NCBI GenBank assembly: GCA_963774625.1
Contig: CAVZFQ010000014.1
Span: 55,887-119,886, forward strand
DNA length: 64,000 nucleotides
Reading direction: 5' to 3'
Source: an uncultured Actinomycetes bacterium
GTDB taxonomy: Bacteria; Actinomycetota; Thermoleophilia; Gaiellales; Gaiellaceae
Numbering within the stretch: position 1 is the first letter of the stretch; each line of letters opens with the position of its first letter. Below, piece by piece: positions 36,299 through 45,392 of the stretch. Both the position numbers and the translations under genes were made by a program. Under the pieces are notes generated by a model. The model made no database searches and was not told where the DNA came from. It saw nothing but the letters and a program-made list of their open reading frames with translations.

Positions 36299-37191
36299 AG
36301 GTCGCGTACTACAAGGGCTGCCTCGCCTCCCTGTCGGCGAAGGAGCTCGACTCCTCGACGCAGGCGCTCGCGCCCAAGCTCGGCATCGAGCTCGACGAGC
36401 TGGACGCGGTCACCTGCTGCGGCGCCGGCGACATCCACGAGGCCGAGCCCGACTACTACCTGCACCTGAACGCGCGGATCCTCGCCTACGCCGAGCAGAC
36501 CGGCGCCGAGACGCTGATGACGATCTGCAACGTCTGTACGCTCAACCTCCGGCAGGCCGACTTCCAGCTCAAGAAGGACGACGACCTGCGCGCGCGGGTG
36601 AACACCAACCTCGAGACCGTCGGGGTGCCCGCCTACAACGGCACGATCGAGGTCAAGCACCTGCTCTGGCTGATCGCGGACGGAGACGGCTACGAACAGC
36701 TGAAGCAGGTCGCGCACAAGGGCCTCAAGGGCCTGAAGGTGGCGCCGTTCTACGGGTGCCAGATCCTGCGGCCCTCGAAGCTCCTCGGCTTCGAGGATCC
36801 GGACCGGCCGTGGTCGCTCGAGGCGATCATCCAGGCGTGTGGGGGCGACCCGATCGACTACCCGGCGAAGATCAAGTGCTGCGGGTTCCCGATCATCCAG
36901 GCCCGCGAGGAAACTGCCCTCGGAGAGCTCGTGCAGCCCATTGAGCAGGCGATCGAAGCCGGCGCCGACGTGATGGTCACCCCGTGCCCCCTCTGCCACC
37001 TGTCGCTCGACGCCTGGCAGTCGAAGCTGAACGCCGAGCGCACGAAGCGGGGACGTGCGGAGCTGCCGCCGATGCCGATCCTGCACCTCTCGCAGTTGAT
37101 CGGCGTTGCCGCCGGCCTCACAGACTCCGAGCTCAAGTTCAAGCGGCACGTCGTCCCGGTCAAGCCGGTCATCGAGAAGCTGCAGGTCTGA
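36295..37191 (+). CDS. CCG-domain (HdrB-like) subunit of a type E succinate:quinone oxidoreductase (SdhE/SdhC-like)
   Basis: GTG 36295 overlaps the sdhB TGA. Two CCG motifs are present: AVTCCGAGD and KIKCCGFPI. The N-terminus is VKVAYYKGCL. Confidence 0.85.
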   Translation: MKVAYYKGCLASLSAKELDSSTQALAPKLGIELDELDAVTCCGAGDIHEAEPDYYLHLNARILAYAEQTGAETLMTICNVCTLNLRQADFQLKKDDDLRARVNTNLETVGVPAYNGTIEVKHLLWLIADGDGYEQLKQVAHKGLKGLKVAPFYGCQILRPSKLLGFEDPDRPWSLEAIIQACGGDPIDYPAKIKCCGFPIIQAREETALGELVQPIEQAIEAGADVMVTPCPLCHLSLDAWQSKLNAERTKRGRAELPPMPILHLSQLIGVAAGLTDSELKFKRHVVPVKPVIEKLQV

Positions 37192-38000
37192 CCGCGCTCC
37201 GGCTGGCGCCACTCGCGGTCGCGGCCGGTGCGGCTGCCTGGGGGCATTTCGAGGCGGGCTGGGTGCGGCTCGCAGAGCGCGAGGTGCCTCTGCCGGGATT
37301 GCCGGAGGAGCTCGACGGCCTGAGGATTGCCCACCTGTCGGACTTCCATCTCGGCTTCCCGTCTCGTGGGACGACAGCCGTCGAGCGGGCCGTCGAATGG
37401 GTCGCGCAGCGCGACCCCGATCTCGTTCTCATCACCGGGGATCTCCTCTCGCGGCCCCGGGCCGAGCAGAAGCTCCGCGAGCTCCTGGAACGGCTGCCGG
37501 GCTCGTTCGCAGTGCTCGGGAACCACGACTTCGCGCTCAGCCGCGACCCGTTCTCGAAGCCGGCCGCCCTCGCCGACCTCGGACCGACCGTGCTGCTCGA
37601 AGACGACTCGCGGATCGTCGAGCTCCGAGGTCGCCGCATGCAGATCGTCGGCGTCGATCCGCGCTCGTATCGTCGCGGGCGCTCGCATCCGGAGCGACTC
37701 GCAGATCCCGACGCTGACCTCCGCATCCTCCTCTGCCATTTTCCGAACGTGATCGACAAGGTGCCGCCGGGCGTGTTCGACCTCGTGCTCGCCGGCCACC
37801 TCCACGGCGGCCAGATCTGCATCCCGTACGGCTTCGGAAAGCTGCGTCTGGCTCATCTGCGCTGGACGTACGCCGAGGGTCTCTACCGCAGGCCGGGCGG
37901 CGTCTTGCACGTCTCGCCGGGGCTTGGGACGACGTTCGTCCCCTTTCGGTTCTTCGCTCGGCCTGAGGCAACGGAGCTCGTCCTACAATCAAGCCTGTGA
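37188..38000 (+). CDS. Calcineurin-like metallophosphoesterase (YaeI/YkuE-like)
   Basis: LRIAHLSDFHLG, ITGDLL, GNHD and AGHLHGGQ are present. The homology-expected N-terminus begins near 37188, where only a CTG is available. The next canonical start is GTG 37263. Confidence 0.75.
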   Translation: MTALRLAPLAVAAGAAAWGHFEAGWVRLAEREVPLPGLPEELDGLRIAHLSDFHLGFPSRGTTAVERAVEWVAQRDPDLVLITGDLLSRPRAEQKLRELLERLPGSFAVLGNHDFALSRDPFSKPAALADLGPTVLLEDDSRIVELRGRRMQIVGVDPRSYRRGRSHPERLADPDADLRILLCHFPNVIDKVPPGVFDLVLAGHLHGGQICIPYGFGKLRLAHLRWTYAEGLYRRPGGVLHVSPGLGTTFVPFRFFARPEATELVLQSSL

Positions 38001-38620
38001 CCACCCGCGTCGGAGGACTCACCGGCGCGACTCTCGAGCAGGCCCCGGTGGTCTGCCACGGTTGCGTCTGGTGGCAGTCGAGCGGAGCGCGTGTGCCGAC
38101 CAAGCGCGCCTGGATCGACGATGCCGAGGCCGAATGGGGCGCCTGGGGGGCCGTCTACTACGACGACGACGGCAAGACGCTCGGGTCGATGCAGTACGGG
38201 CCGGCCGTCCTCTTTCCGCGCGCCTGGGAGCTGCCAGCCGGACCGCCGTCGGATGACGCTGCTCTCATCACCTGCGCGTATCTCGTCGACCGGGCGACGC
38301 CGTGGGTTCTGCAATCGCTGTTCCTGGCTGCGATCGGCGACGCCAAGGACAAGCGCGCGAAGGCGCTCGAGACGTTTGCCTACCGGTACGCCGAGGGGGA
38401 GTCGGCCTACGAGCGGTTCCTCGTGCACCGGACCGTTTTCCCGCGGGACTTTCTCTCCGACTTCGGCTTCGAGACCGTGCGGCAGGCGGGGCAGATCGAG
38501 CTCGTGCGGCTCGACCTCGGCGGCTTGCAGCCGGTGGTCGAGGGTAGTCGCGCCAAGGTACTGCGGGTGGTCAAAGAGGCATTTGCGCCGGAGCCGGCGC
38601 CCGTGCCTCGCGGGCCCTAG
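37997..38620 (+). CDS. Conserved-looking hypothetical protein
   Basis: The 207-aa ORF starts at a GTG overlapping the upstream TGA (GTGA). A CHGCVWWQS motif lies near the N-terminus. I cannot assign a family confidently. Confidence 0.6.
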   Translation: MTTRVGGLTGATLEQAPVVCHGCVWWQSSGARVPTKRAWIDDAEAEWGAWGAVYYDDDGKTLGSMQYGPAVLFPRAWELPAGPPSDDAALITCAYLVDRATPWVLQSLFLAAIGDAKDKRAKALETFAYRYAEGESAYERFLVHRTVFPRDFLSDFGFETVRQAGQIELVRLDLGGLQPVVEGSRAKVLRVVKEAFAPEPAPVPRGP

Positions 38621-38736
38621 TAGGGCCCGCCGCCTCCTCCGCTGCCGCCGTCGCCGCCCCCGGCGAGCACGACGACTAGCACGATCACCGCGACGAGCAC
38701 GACGAGTCCGAGGATGAGCAGCGCGCTGCGGCTCAT
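38617..38736 (-). CDS. 39-aa TM micro-peptide with a poly-Gly-Pro-Tyr tail, translationally coupled to asd
   Basis: ATG 38736 overlaps the asd TGA (ATGA). The ORF reads MSRSALLILGLVVLVAVIVLVVVLAGGGDGGSGGGGGPY*. Confidence 0.45.
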   Translation of the reverse strand: MSRSALLILGLVVLVAVIVLVVVLAGGGDGGSGGGGGPY

Positions 38737-39674
38737 GCCGCGAGCGCTTGACGCGCGAGGAGGAGCTCGGCGATCTGAATCGCGTTCAGCGCCGCGCCCT
38801 TCCTGAGGTTGTCGCAGACTCCCCAGAGGACGATTCCCTCGCCAGTTGTGTCGCGTCGAATGCGTCCGACGAGCACGTTGTCACCACCGACGGCATCCCT
38901 GGCGGTCGGGCGATCCAGGACTTGCACCGAGGGGGCTGCGGCCAGCGCCTGCCGGGCCTCGTCCGGCGCGAGTGGCTGCTCCGTCTCGACCCAGATCGCC
39001 TGTGAGTGGCCGACGAGCACCGGCACCCGCGCGCAGGTCGCGCTCAGCGGGAGCTCGGGCAACTCGAGGATCTTGCGCGTCTCCGCTCGCAGCTTGGACT
39101 CCTCTTCGGACTCGTCGCCCTCGAGGTCCCAGTCCATGACGACGTTCCCGTCCGCGCTCTGCTGGGCCCGAAGCCGGTCCATCGAGGCCCGGCCCGCGCC
39201 GGAGGCCGACTGGTAGGTCGAGACCCGGACGCTCTTGAGGACGGCTGCTTCGTGCAAAGGCTTCAACAGGCATACGAGCTGAATCGTCGAGCAATTTGGG
39301 TTGGCCACGATGCCCTGGTGGTCGAGGGCGCGCTCCCCGTTCGCCTCGGGGACGACGAGCGGGACCCCTGCGGTCAGCCGGTACGCCGACGACTTGTCGA
39401 CGCAGACGGCTCCTCCCGTGGCGGCATGCGGCACGAGCTCGCGACTTGCCGCGGTGCCGACCGAGAAGAAGCAGACATCGAGGTCGCTGCCGAGCGCCTC
39501 GCGGGTCGCTTCCTCCACGACGAGCTCGCTGCTTCCGTAGGGAAGCCGCCGGCCGGCCGAGCGCGCGGAGGCAAATGCGCGGACGTTCTCGAACTCGCGC
39601 TCGGCCAGCAGTGCGAGCGTGATCTCGCCGACGGCGCCGGTTGCGCCGACGACGCCGACGCGCACGTCAGACAT
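38733..39674 (-). CDS. asd: Aspartate-semialdehyde dehydrogenase
   Basis: The 313-aa ORF carries VGVVGATGAVG, ANPNCSTIQL (catalytic Cys), and a later H in VGHSQAIWVE. Confidence 0.9.
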   Translation of the reverse strand: MSDVRVGVVGATGAVGEITLALLAEREFENVRAFASARSAGRRLPYGSSELVVEEATREALGSDLDVCFFSVGTAASRELVPHAATGGAVCVDKSSAYRLTAGVPLVVPEANGERALDHQGIVANPNCSTIQLVCLLKPLHEAAVLKSVRVSTYQSASGAGRASMDRLRAQQSADGNVVMDWDLEGDESEEESKLRAETRKILELPELPLSATCARVPVLVGHSQAIWVETEQPLAPDEARQALAAAPSVQVLDRPTARDAVGGDNVLVGRIRRDTTGEGIVLWGVCDNLRKGAALNAIQIAELLLARQALAA

Positions 39675-40923
39675 GCTGGCGCTCCGCCTGCTCGGTGTCG
39701 AGCTCGAATGCCGAATGCAGTGCCTGCACGGCGCGCTCGACGTCGTCCCGCGGCACGAAGCAGGCGATCTTGATCGGCGAGGTCGTCACGATCTGGGGCT
39801 CGATCCCGAGCTCCTCGAGCGTGGCAAACGCCTTTGCGGCCACGCCGGGGTGGCTCTTCATCCCGGCGCCGACGATGCTCACCTTGCCGAGATCCTCACG
39901 TGCCGACCAGGTGACGCCGAGCTTCTCGAGTGCCGCGTCCGCTCCGGCTCCTTCGGCATCAGCCGCCGAGAACACGATCTCGCTTCCTGTCTGCACGACC
40001 GTGTCGACGTTCACGCCGGCCTCTGCCAGCGCCTGGAAGAGCTTTGCGGCCGAGATGTCCTCGACCCGGTAGACGCGCTCTTCGATGGTGTGCGTGACGC
40101 CGGAGATCAGGGCCTTCTCGAGCATCCGTTCGTCCTCCTCCCGAATCCACGTGCCGTTTGCCTCCGAGAAGCTCGACCGCACGTGGAGCTTGACGTCATG
40201 TCCTCGCGCCAGCTCGACCGAGCGCAACTGCAGCACCTTGGCGCCGCCTGCCGCGAGCTCGAGCATTTCGTCGTAGCTGACGGCGTGCAGCTTGCGCGCG
40301 TTTGGGACGACCCGCGGATCGGCCGTCTGCACGCCGTCTACGTCGGTGTAGATCTCACACGCCTCGGCGCCGAGGGCGGCTGCGAGGGCGACGGCCGTCG
40401 TGTCCGAGCCACCGCGGCCGAGCGTCGTGATGTCGTAATCGGTCGAGACGCCCTGGAAGCCGGCGACGAGCACGATCTTCTCCGCATCCAGCGCCTCGTG
40501 GATGCGGCGCGCCCGGATGTCCACGATCTTGGCCTGACCGTGAACCGTGTCCGTGACGATGCCGGCCTGCGAGCCGGTCAGCGAGATCGCCTCGTGCCCG
40601 AGGTCGTGGATGGCGATTGCGCAGAGCGAGCACGAGATCCGCTCGCCGACCGAGATCAGCATGTCGACCTCCCGCGGCCTGGGGTGGGCTGACATCTCGT
40701 GCGCGAGCCGCACCCACTCGTCGGTCATGTCGCCCATCGCGGAGAGGACGGCGACGATGCGGTTCCCGGCCTCGCGGGCGGCGACGATGCGCTTCGCGAC
40801 GGCGCGCAGGCGCTCGACCCCGGCGACCGACGTGCCGCCGAACTTCATGACGACGGTTCCGGGCCGGTCCGGAGTCTCTTCAGCTGCGATCTCTGGAACG
40901 GCCTCGTATTCGGTCGTGACCAT
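39667..40923 (-). CDS. lysC: Aspartate kinase
   Basis: The 418-aa ORF carries VVMKFGGTSVAG and GRGGSDTTAVALAAAL, with two C-terminal ACT-like regions. It overlaps asd by 8 nt. Confidence 0.9.
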   Translation of the reverse strand: MVTTEYEAVPEIAAEETPDRPGTVVMKFGGTSVAGVERLRAVAKRIVAAREAGNRIVAVLSAMGDMTDEWVRLAHEMSAHPRPREVDMLISVGERISCSLCAIAIHDLGHEAISLTGSQAGIVTDTVHGQAKIVDIRARRIHEALDAEKIVLVAGFQGVSTDYDITTLGRGGSDTTAVALAAALGAEACEIYTDVDGVQTADPRVVPNARKLHAVSYDEMLELAAGGAKVLQLRSVELARGHDVKLHVRSSFSEANGTWIREEDERMLEKALISGVTHTIEERVYRVEDISAAKLFQALAEAGVNVDTVVQTGSEIVFSAADAEGAGADAALEKLGVTWSAREDLGKVSIVGAGMKSHPGVAAKAFATLEELGIEPQIVTTSPIKIACFVPRDDVERAVQALHSAFELDTEQAERQHV

Positions 40924-40946
40924 GGCGGGGATTCTAGGTGCCGCCC

Positions 40947-41537
40947 CTACATTTCCCTTCTGCCGGACAGGGCGCGTCCGAGAGTCACTTCGTCGGCGTA
41001 TTCGAGGTCTCCTCCTACCGGCAGCCCGCTGGCGAGCCTCGTCACCCGGACGCGGCCGCGCAGCCGGTCTGCGAGGTAGGCGGCGGTGGCCTCGCCGGTC
41101 ATGTTCGGATTGGTCGCGAGGACGACCTCCTGGATCCCGTTCCGTTCCACGCGCTGGAGCAACTCGCCGATCCGTAGGTGCTCAGGCTCGACACCGTCGA
41201 TCGGCGACAGGGCGCCGCCCAGCACGTGGTAGAGGCCCCGGTACTCGTGCGTTCGCTCGACCGAGATGAGATCGGCCGGCTGCTCGACGACGCAGACCAC
41301 GGCGCGGTCGCGCCTCGCGTCCTGGCAGATGTCGCACACGTCCTCCTCCGTGAGGTTCCCGCACTCCGAGCAGAAGCGGACGCGCTCCTTGACCTCGGCG
41401 ATCGCGCCGGCCAGAGCCGCCGCCTCGTCCTTCGGGACGCGCAGGAGATGGAAGGCGAGCCGCTGGGCCGTCCGGGTCCCTACGCCGGGCAGGCGTGTCA
41501 GCTGCGAGACGAGGTTCTCGACGGCGGGCGAAGACAC
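40947..41537 (-). CDS. recR: Recombination protein RecR
   Basis: GTG 41537 gives [32 protein letters not shown] (HhH). A Cys4 zinc finger [16 protein letters not shown] and a Toprim region follow. Confidence 0.9.
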   Translation of the reverse strand: MSSPAVENLVSQLTRLPGVGTRTAQRLAFHLLRVPKDEAAALAGAIAEVKERVRFCSECGNLTEEDVCDICQDARRDRAVVCVVEQPADLISVERTHEYRGLYHVLGGALSPIDGVEPEHLRIGELLQRVERNGIQEVVLATNPNMTGEATAAYLADRLRGRVRVTRLASGLPVGGDLEYADEVTLGRALSGRREM

Positions 41538-41550
41538 CGACCCATTGTGC

Positions 41551-43287
41551 CTAGGCCGGTCGGTCGGTCTGCGGAACGACGAGCTCGAAGCGGGCGCCGT
41601 GCGGCGGGGCGTCCTCGTAGACGAGATCGCCTCCGTGAGCCCGGGCGTAGGAGCGGGCGATCGAGAGGCCGAGCCCGGAGCCAAGGCCGCGGGCGCGGGC
41701 CTCGGCGCTGCGGGTGAAGCGCTCGAAGAGATCGTCGATGAACTCTGCGGGCACGCCGCTTCCGCTGTCCTCGACCGCGATGCGGAAATGCCGGTCCTGG
41801 CGGACGGCCGTCACGAGGACCGGCGCGTCGCCGTGTCGAAGCGCGTTCGTCAGCAGATTCGAGACGACGCGCTCGAACACGGTCTGATCGATCCTCGCCG
41901 TCAGCTCACCCGGGATCTTGATCTCGACTTCGTTCGACCGTTCCCCTGCCGAAGCCGCAACGATCTCCTCGACGTGCTCCCGCACCGCGATCGGCACGGG
42001 GTGGATCGGCACGGAGTCCGCGTCCAGGCGGGAGAGGTCGAGGAGCTGGTCGACGAGACGGCGGAGCCGCTCCGACTGGGTGAGCAAGGCGTGCCTCAGG
42101 TCGCCGCGATCCCCTTCGCTGAGCCGATCGCCAAGGCGGTCGAGCGTGTTGACGACCCCGTGGACGCTCGTCACCGGAGTCCGGAGCTCGTGCGCTGCGA
42201 GAGCGATGAAGTTCGTCTTCAGCTCGTCGGCACGCTCGAGCGCCTGGCGCGCTTCCTGCTCGCGCACGAACAGGCTGGAGCGGTCTAACGCGAGGCTGGT
42301 CAAAGCGCCGAGCGATCTCAGGATGTCCATCTCCTCGGTCCCGAAAAACGGCGAGTACGGCCCGGCCCAGACGACGAGGCTTCCACCGGGAGTGTCCAGC
42401 TTGACGACGCCCGGGTCCTGCGGGTTCAGCGACCCGAGGGCCTCCGGGGGCGCGCCATGACTTGCGAGCACGACGTCCTCCGCATCGAGTAGGAAGACGG
42501 CCCGGGCGCCGACCAGCCCGGCCATCGCGGGCAGGACTGCGCTCGTGACCTGCTCCGGTGTCGTCGCGGCAATGAGCCCGCCCGTCGCCTGGCGCGTCTT
42601 CTCCATCTCGGGCCGGCGCCACTGGAGCCGAAGAATCGCGGGCGGTGCCAGGCCGAGGCCGAAGGCGACTGCGCTCGCGAGCCCGAGGATCGAAGTGATC
42701 AGCGCGAGCGAGGAGGTGCCTTCGGGATTTCCCACCGCCAGGAGGATGGCCATGGTCAGCAAGGTCGCTGCGAAGCTCAGAAGACGCATTCGCCGCCGCG
42801 CGACGCTGGGCTGGTCGCGGCCGGCACGCCAGAGCTTGACCGCCACGAAGAGCGACAGCGCGGCCCAGTAGAGGGCGAGCGCGCCGAGGTAGACGTCGAA
42901 CCCTGTGGAGCGCGGCTCGTCTTCCTGCGGGAAGTCGGGCAGCGCGATGGTCCAGGCCGAGAGTGCGACGGTCGACGCGCCGACGAGCCACTCGACGCGC
43001 CTGGAAGCGGACTCGAACGCCGCCGCGAATCGAAAGAGCAGGTAGGGAAACATGAGCAGCACGACGATGAGCAGTCGCAGGCCCGCTTCCTCGAGGCCGG
43101 TGTTCGCATCCTCCGGAAGCAACTCCCCGGCCAGGACGACGGCCGTCAGGGTCCCGAAGCAGAGCGCGGCCCACAGGCTCGGACGGTCGCGGCGCTGGAG
43201 CCAGAAGCGAAGCGAGAGGAGTCCAAGGGCTGTGAATGCCCCCGTACTGACATGGCCGAGGATGTCGTTGACCGTCTGGGCGTTCAC
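41551..43287 (-). CDS. Membrane sensor histidine kinase (multi-TM N-terminus, GAF-like region, HisKA + HATPase_c)
   Basis: The H-box is [16 protein letters not shown]. The N and G boxes are [13 protein letters not shown] and [18 protein letters not shown] 43287 was chosen because AAGGA lies 7 nt upstream. Confidence 0.8.
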   Translation of the reverse strand: MNAQTVNDILGHVSTGAFTALGLLSLRFWLQRRDRPSLWAALCFGTLTAVVLAGELLPEDANTGLEEAGLRLLIVVLLMFPYLLFRFAAAFESASRRVEWLVGASTVALSAWTIALPDFPQEDEPRSTGFDVYLGALALYWAALSLFVAVKLWRAGRDQPSVARRRMRLLSFAATLLTMAILLAVGNPEGTSSLALITSILGLASAVAFGLGLAPPAILRLQWRRPEMEKTRQATGGLIAATTPEQVTSAVLPAMAGLVGARAVFLLDAEDVVLASHGAPPEALGSLNPQDPGVVKLDTPGGSLVVWAGPYSPFFGTEEMDILRSLGALTSLALDRSSLFVREQEARQALERADELKTNFIALAAHELRTPVTSVHGVVNTLDRLGDRLSEGDRGDLRHALLTQSERLRRLVDQLLDLSRLDADSVPIHPVPIAVREHVEEIVAASAGERSNEVEIKIPGELTARIDQTVFERVVSNLLTNALRHGDAPVLVTAVRQDRHFRIAVEDSGSGVPAEFIDDLFERFTRSAEARARGLGSGLGLSIARSYARAHGGDLVYEDAPPHGARFELVVPQTDRPA

Positions 43288-43929
43288 GTTTTGTCCTTGA
43301 GTACTCGCACTGTAGTGTCCGGCGCCCTGAGCCGCACTGTTTCTAGCCCGGCCCGACGGCCACGACGTAGCCCTCGGCTCGGGGAGCGGGAGCGAGGTCC
43401 CGATCGCCCTGGGCTTGGTGACTCCGACGTCTGGTCGCACGCACAGACCGCCGCCGACGAGGCGGTCCGGCACAGCGATGAACGCAGCAGCGACCGCAGC
43501 GCTGCCCAGGGGCGCGTTCTCATCGTCGACGACGAGCAGGCGATCAGGCTCATTTGCCGGGTCAATCTCCGCAGCGCTGGATTCGACACCCTCGAGGCGT
43601 CGGACGGCGCGGAGGCAATAGCTCTCGCCCGCGCGGAACGGCCGGATCTGATCCTGCTCGACGTCATGCTGCCGGCCGTGGACGGCTGGCGCGTCGCCGA
43701 GGAGCTGGCCGCGAGCGAGGACACCCGTGAGATTCCAATCGTCTTCCTGAGCGCCCGCTCGGAGCCGGCCGACGAGCATCGCGGCCACGAGCTCGGCGCC
43801 GTGGGCTACATCACGAAGCCCTTCAACGCCGCGGCCCTACCGGACGTGGTCGCGCACACGATCGACCGGGTACGCCGCGGCGAGCGTGAGGCTGTTCGTC
43901 GCGAGTGGCTCGAAGAGCTAGGCGAATAG
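43252..43929 (+). CDS. Single-domain (CheY-like) response regulator; start codon unresolved
   Basis: The receiver core is RVLIVDDEQAIRL...DLILLDVMLPAVDG...GYITKPF. There is no ATG/GTG/TTG in frame between 43316 and the receiver domain at about 43507. Candidate starts are 43252, 43291, 43297 and 43315. Confidence 0.7.
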   Translation: MAEDVVDRLGVHVLSLSTRTVVSGALSRTVSSPARRPRRSPRLGERERGPDRPGLGDSDVWSHAQTAADEAVRHSDERSSDRSAAQGRVLIVDDEQAIRLICRVNLRSAGFDTLEASDGAEAIALARAERPDLILLDVMLPAVDGWRVAEELAASEDTREIPIVFLSARSEPADEHRGHELGAVGYITKPFNAAALPDVVAHTIDRVRRGEREAVRREWLEELGE

Positions 43930-43981
43930 GTCCGGCGCCACGGGCGCCGGACTCGCGGAAAGTGCTGCGCACTTTCCGCGA
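43930..43981. terminator. Two abutting perfect hairpins immediately after the response-regulator stop
   Basis: Hairpin 1 (43930-43952) has a 10-bp stem GTCCGGCGCC/GGCGCCGGAC and a 3-nt loop. Hairpin 2 (43953-43981) has a 13-bp stem TCGCGGAAAGTGC/GCACTTTCCGCGA and a 3-nt loop. No U-tract follows. Confidence 0.45.
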
Positions 43982-44085
43982 CTGAGAGCACAGATCGTGA
44001 AGTGCCTACGCGCCCGACCCGCGTGTCGTTGGGACTAAGGCCCCACCCGGCGTTTCGCCTGGCCGCTAGGTGTCTCGCAAAGCCC

Positions 44086-45232
44086 CTAGGTGAGAGCGCC
44101 GACGAGGGTGTCGACCACCGCGTCCACTTCCTCATTGCCCATGTGCCCGTAGAGCGGGAGCGTGACCAAACGCTCTGCGACGCCCTCGGTGCGCGGCAGC
44201 GGACGTTTGGCGCCCAACTCCGCGTACAGCGAGAACCGATGGATCGGCGGGTAGTGGACGCTCGTCTGGATCCGTGCTTCCTGTAGCGCGGTCCGCACCT
44301 CGTCGCGAGGGGCGCCTTCAGGAAGGAGGATGACGGCGAGGTGGTGGGACGAGGAGCGCTGGGCCTCTTCATCGTCGAAGGGCATCGTGAGCCCGTACTG
44401 GCCGTGCAGGCGCTGCCGATAGGCGGCAGAGATCTTCCGCCGGCCGGCGTTCTCCCCGGTCAGCCGGCCGAGCTGAACGATTCCCATCGCCGCGCGCAGC
44501 TCGTCGAGTCGGTAGTTGAACCCCTGGGCGACGACGTCGTAGCTGTGCGCGTGGCCCCGGTGACGATCCCAGGTCAGCGTGGTCATCCCGTGTGAGCGCA
44601 ACAGCCGGAGCTGCGCCGCCAGCTCGTCGTCGTTCGTGACGATCATCCCGCCCTCGCCGACGGGCAGGTTCTTGTTCGAGAAGAAGCTGAAGCACCCGAT
44701 CTCGCCCAGGGTTCCGCACGCGGCTCCGTGGTAGGTGCCGCCGGGAGCGTGCGCCGCATCCTCGACGACTCGCAGGCCGTGTTTCGACGCGATTTCGCTG
44801 ACCGCGTCCATGTCGCACGCGAAGCCGCCGTAGTGCAGTGCGAGGATCGCCTTCGTCGCCGGGGTGACCGCGGCCTCGACGTCCGCCGGGTCGAGATTGA
44901 GGTCGGCGTCGCCGTGGATGTCGCAGAAGACGGGCGTCGCACCGGTGTGGAGAATCGCGTTCGCGGCGGCCACGAAGTTGAGCGACGGAAGGACGACCTC
45001 GTCCCCGGGCCCGCACTCGACCGCGAGCAAGCGCCAGGTGCAGCGCGGCCGTTCCGTTGGCGACGGCGATCGCGTGCCCGGCCCCGGTCAGCTCGGCGAA
45101 TGCCTCCTCGAAAGCGTTGACGCGCGGGCCCATCGACCACCAGCCCGAGGCCACGGCTTCGCGCGCCGCCTCCACGAGCTCGTCGTCGACGACCGGGTCC
45201 GCCAACGGGACCCTCCAGCGGGATTCGCTCAT
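44086..45232 (-). pseudogene. DegT/DnrJ/EryC1/StrS-family sugar aminotransferase interrupted by one apparent 1-nt insertion
   Basis: The N-terminal frame reads MSESRWRVPLADP..AVANGTAALHLAL. It joins the C-terminal frame LAVECGPGDEVVLPSLNFVAAANAI... near 45020-45040 (track ORFs 44369..45289 and 44086..45030). Confidence 0.8.
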
Positions 45233-45392
45233 CACTCTTCTCTGCGTTGAAGCCGGGGATTTGTCAAGTCCGAAATCTAAGCAATTCATTAAGAGCTTGA
45301 CGAAACTTCACTTTCATGGAATAACCCAATACGAAGCAGTTCTGAGATGCGGCGCTCAGGGGGAGCGTCGCTGGGAGAGGAGAGGGGATCGT

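Noticed and set aside
40924-40946. Possible lysine/threonine-responsive leader or riboswitch upstream of ask-asd
   Set aside because: Only 23 nt separate the recR stop from the aspartate-kinase start, so there is no room for a structured leader. The genes look co-transcribed.
43415-43621. The idea that the response regulator starts at the out-of-frame ATG 43478 (MNAAATAALPRG...) and is another frameshift
   Set aside because: The required shift (frame 2 to frame 1) has the opposite sign to the other frameshifts. The joined N-terminus is also not supported by any motif, so this is pure speculation.
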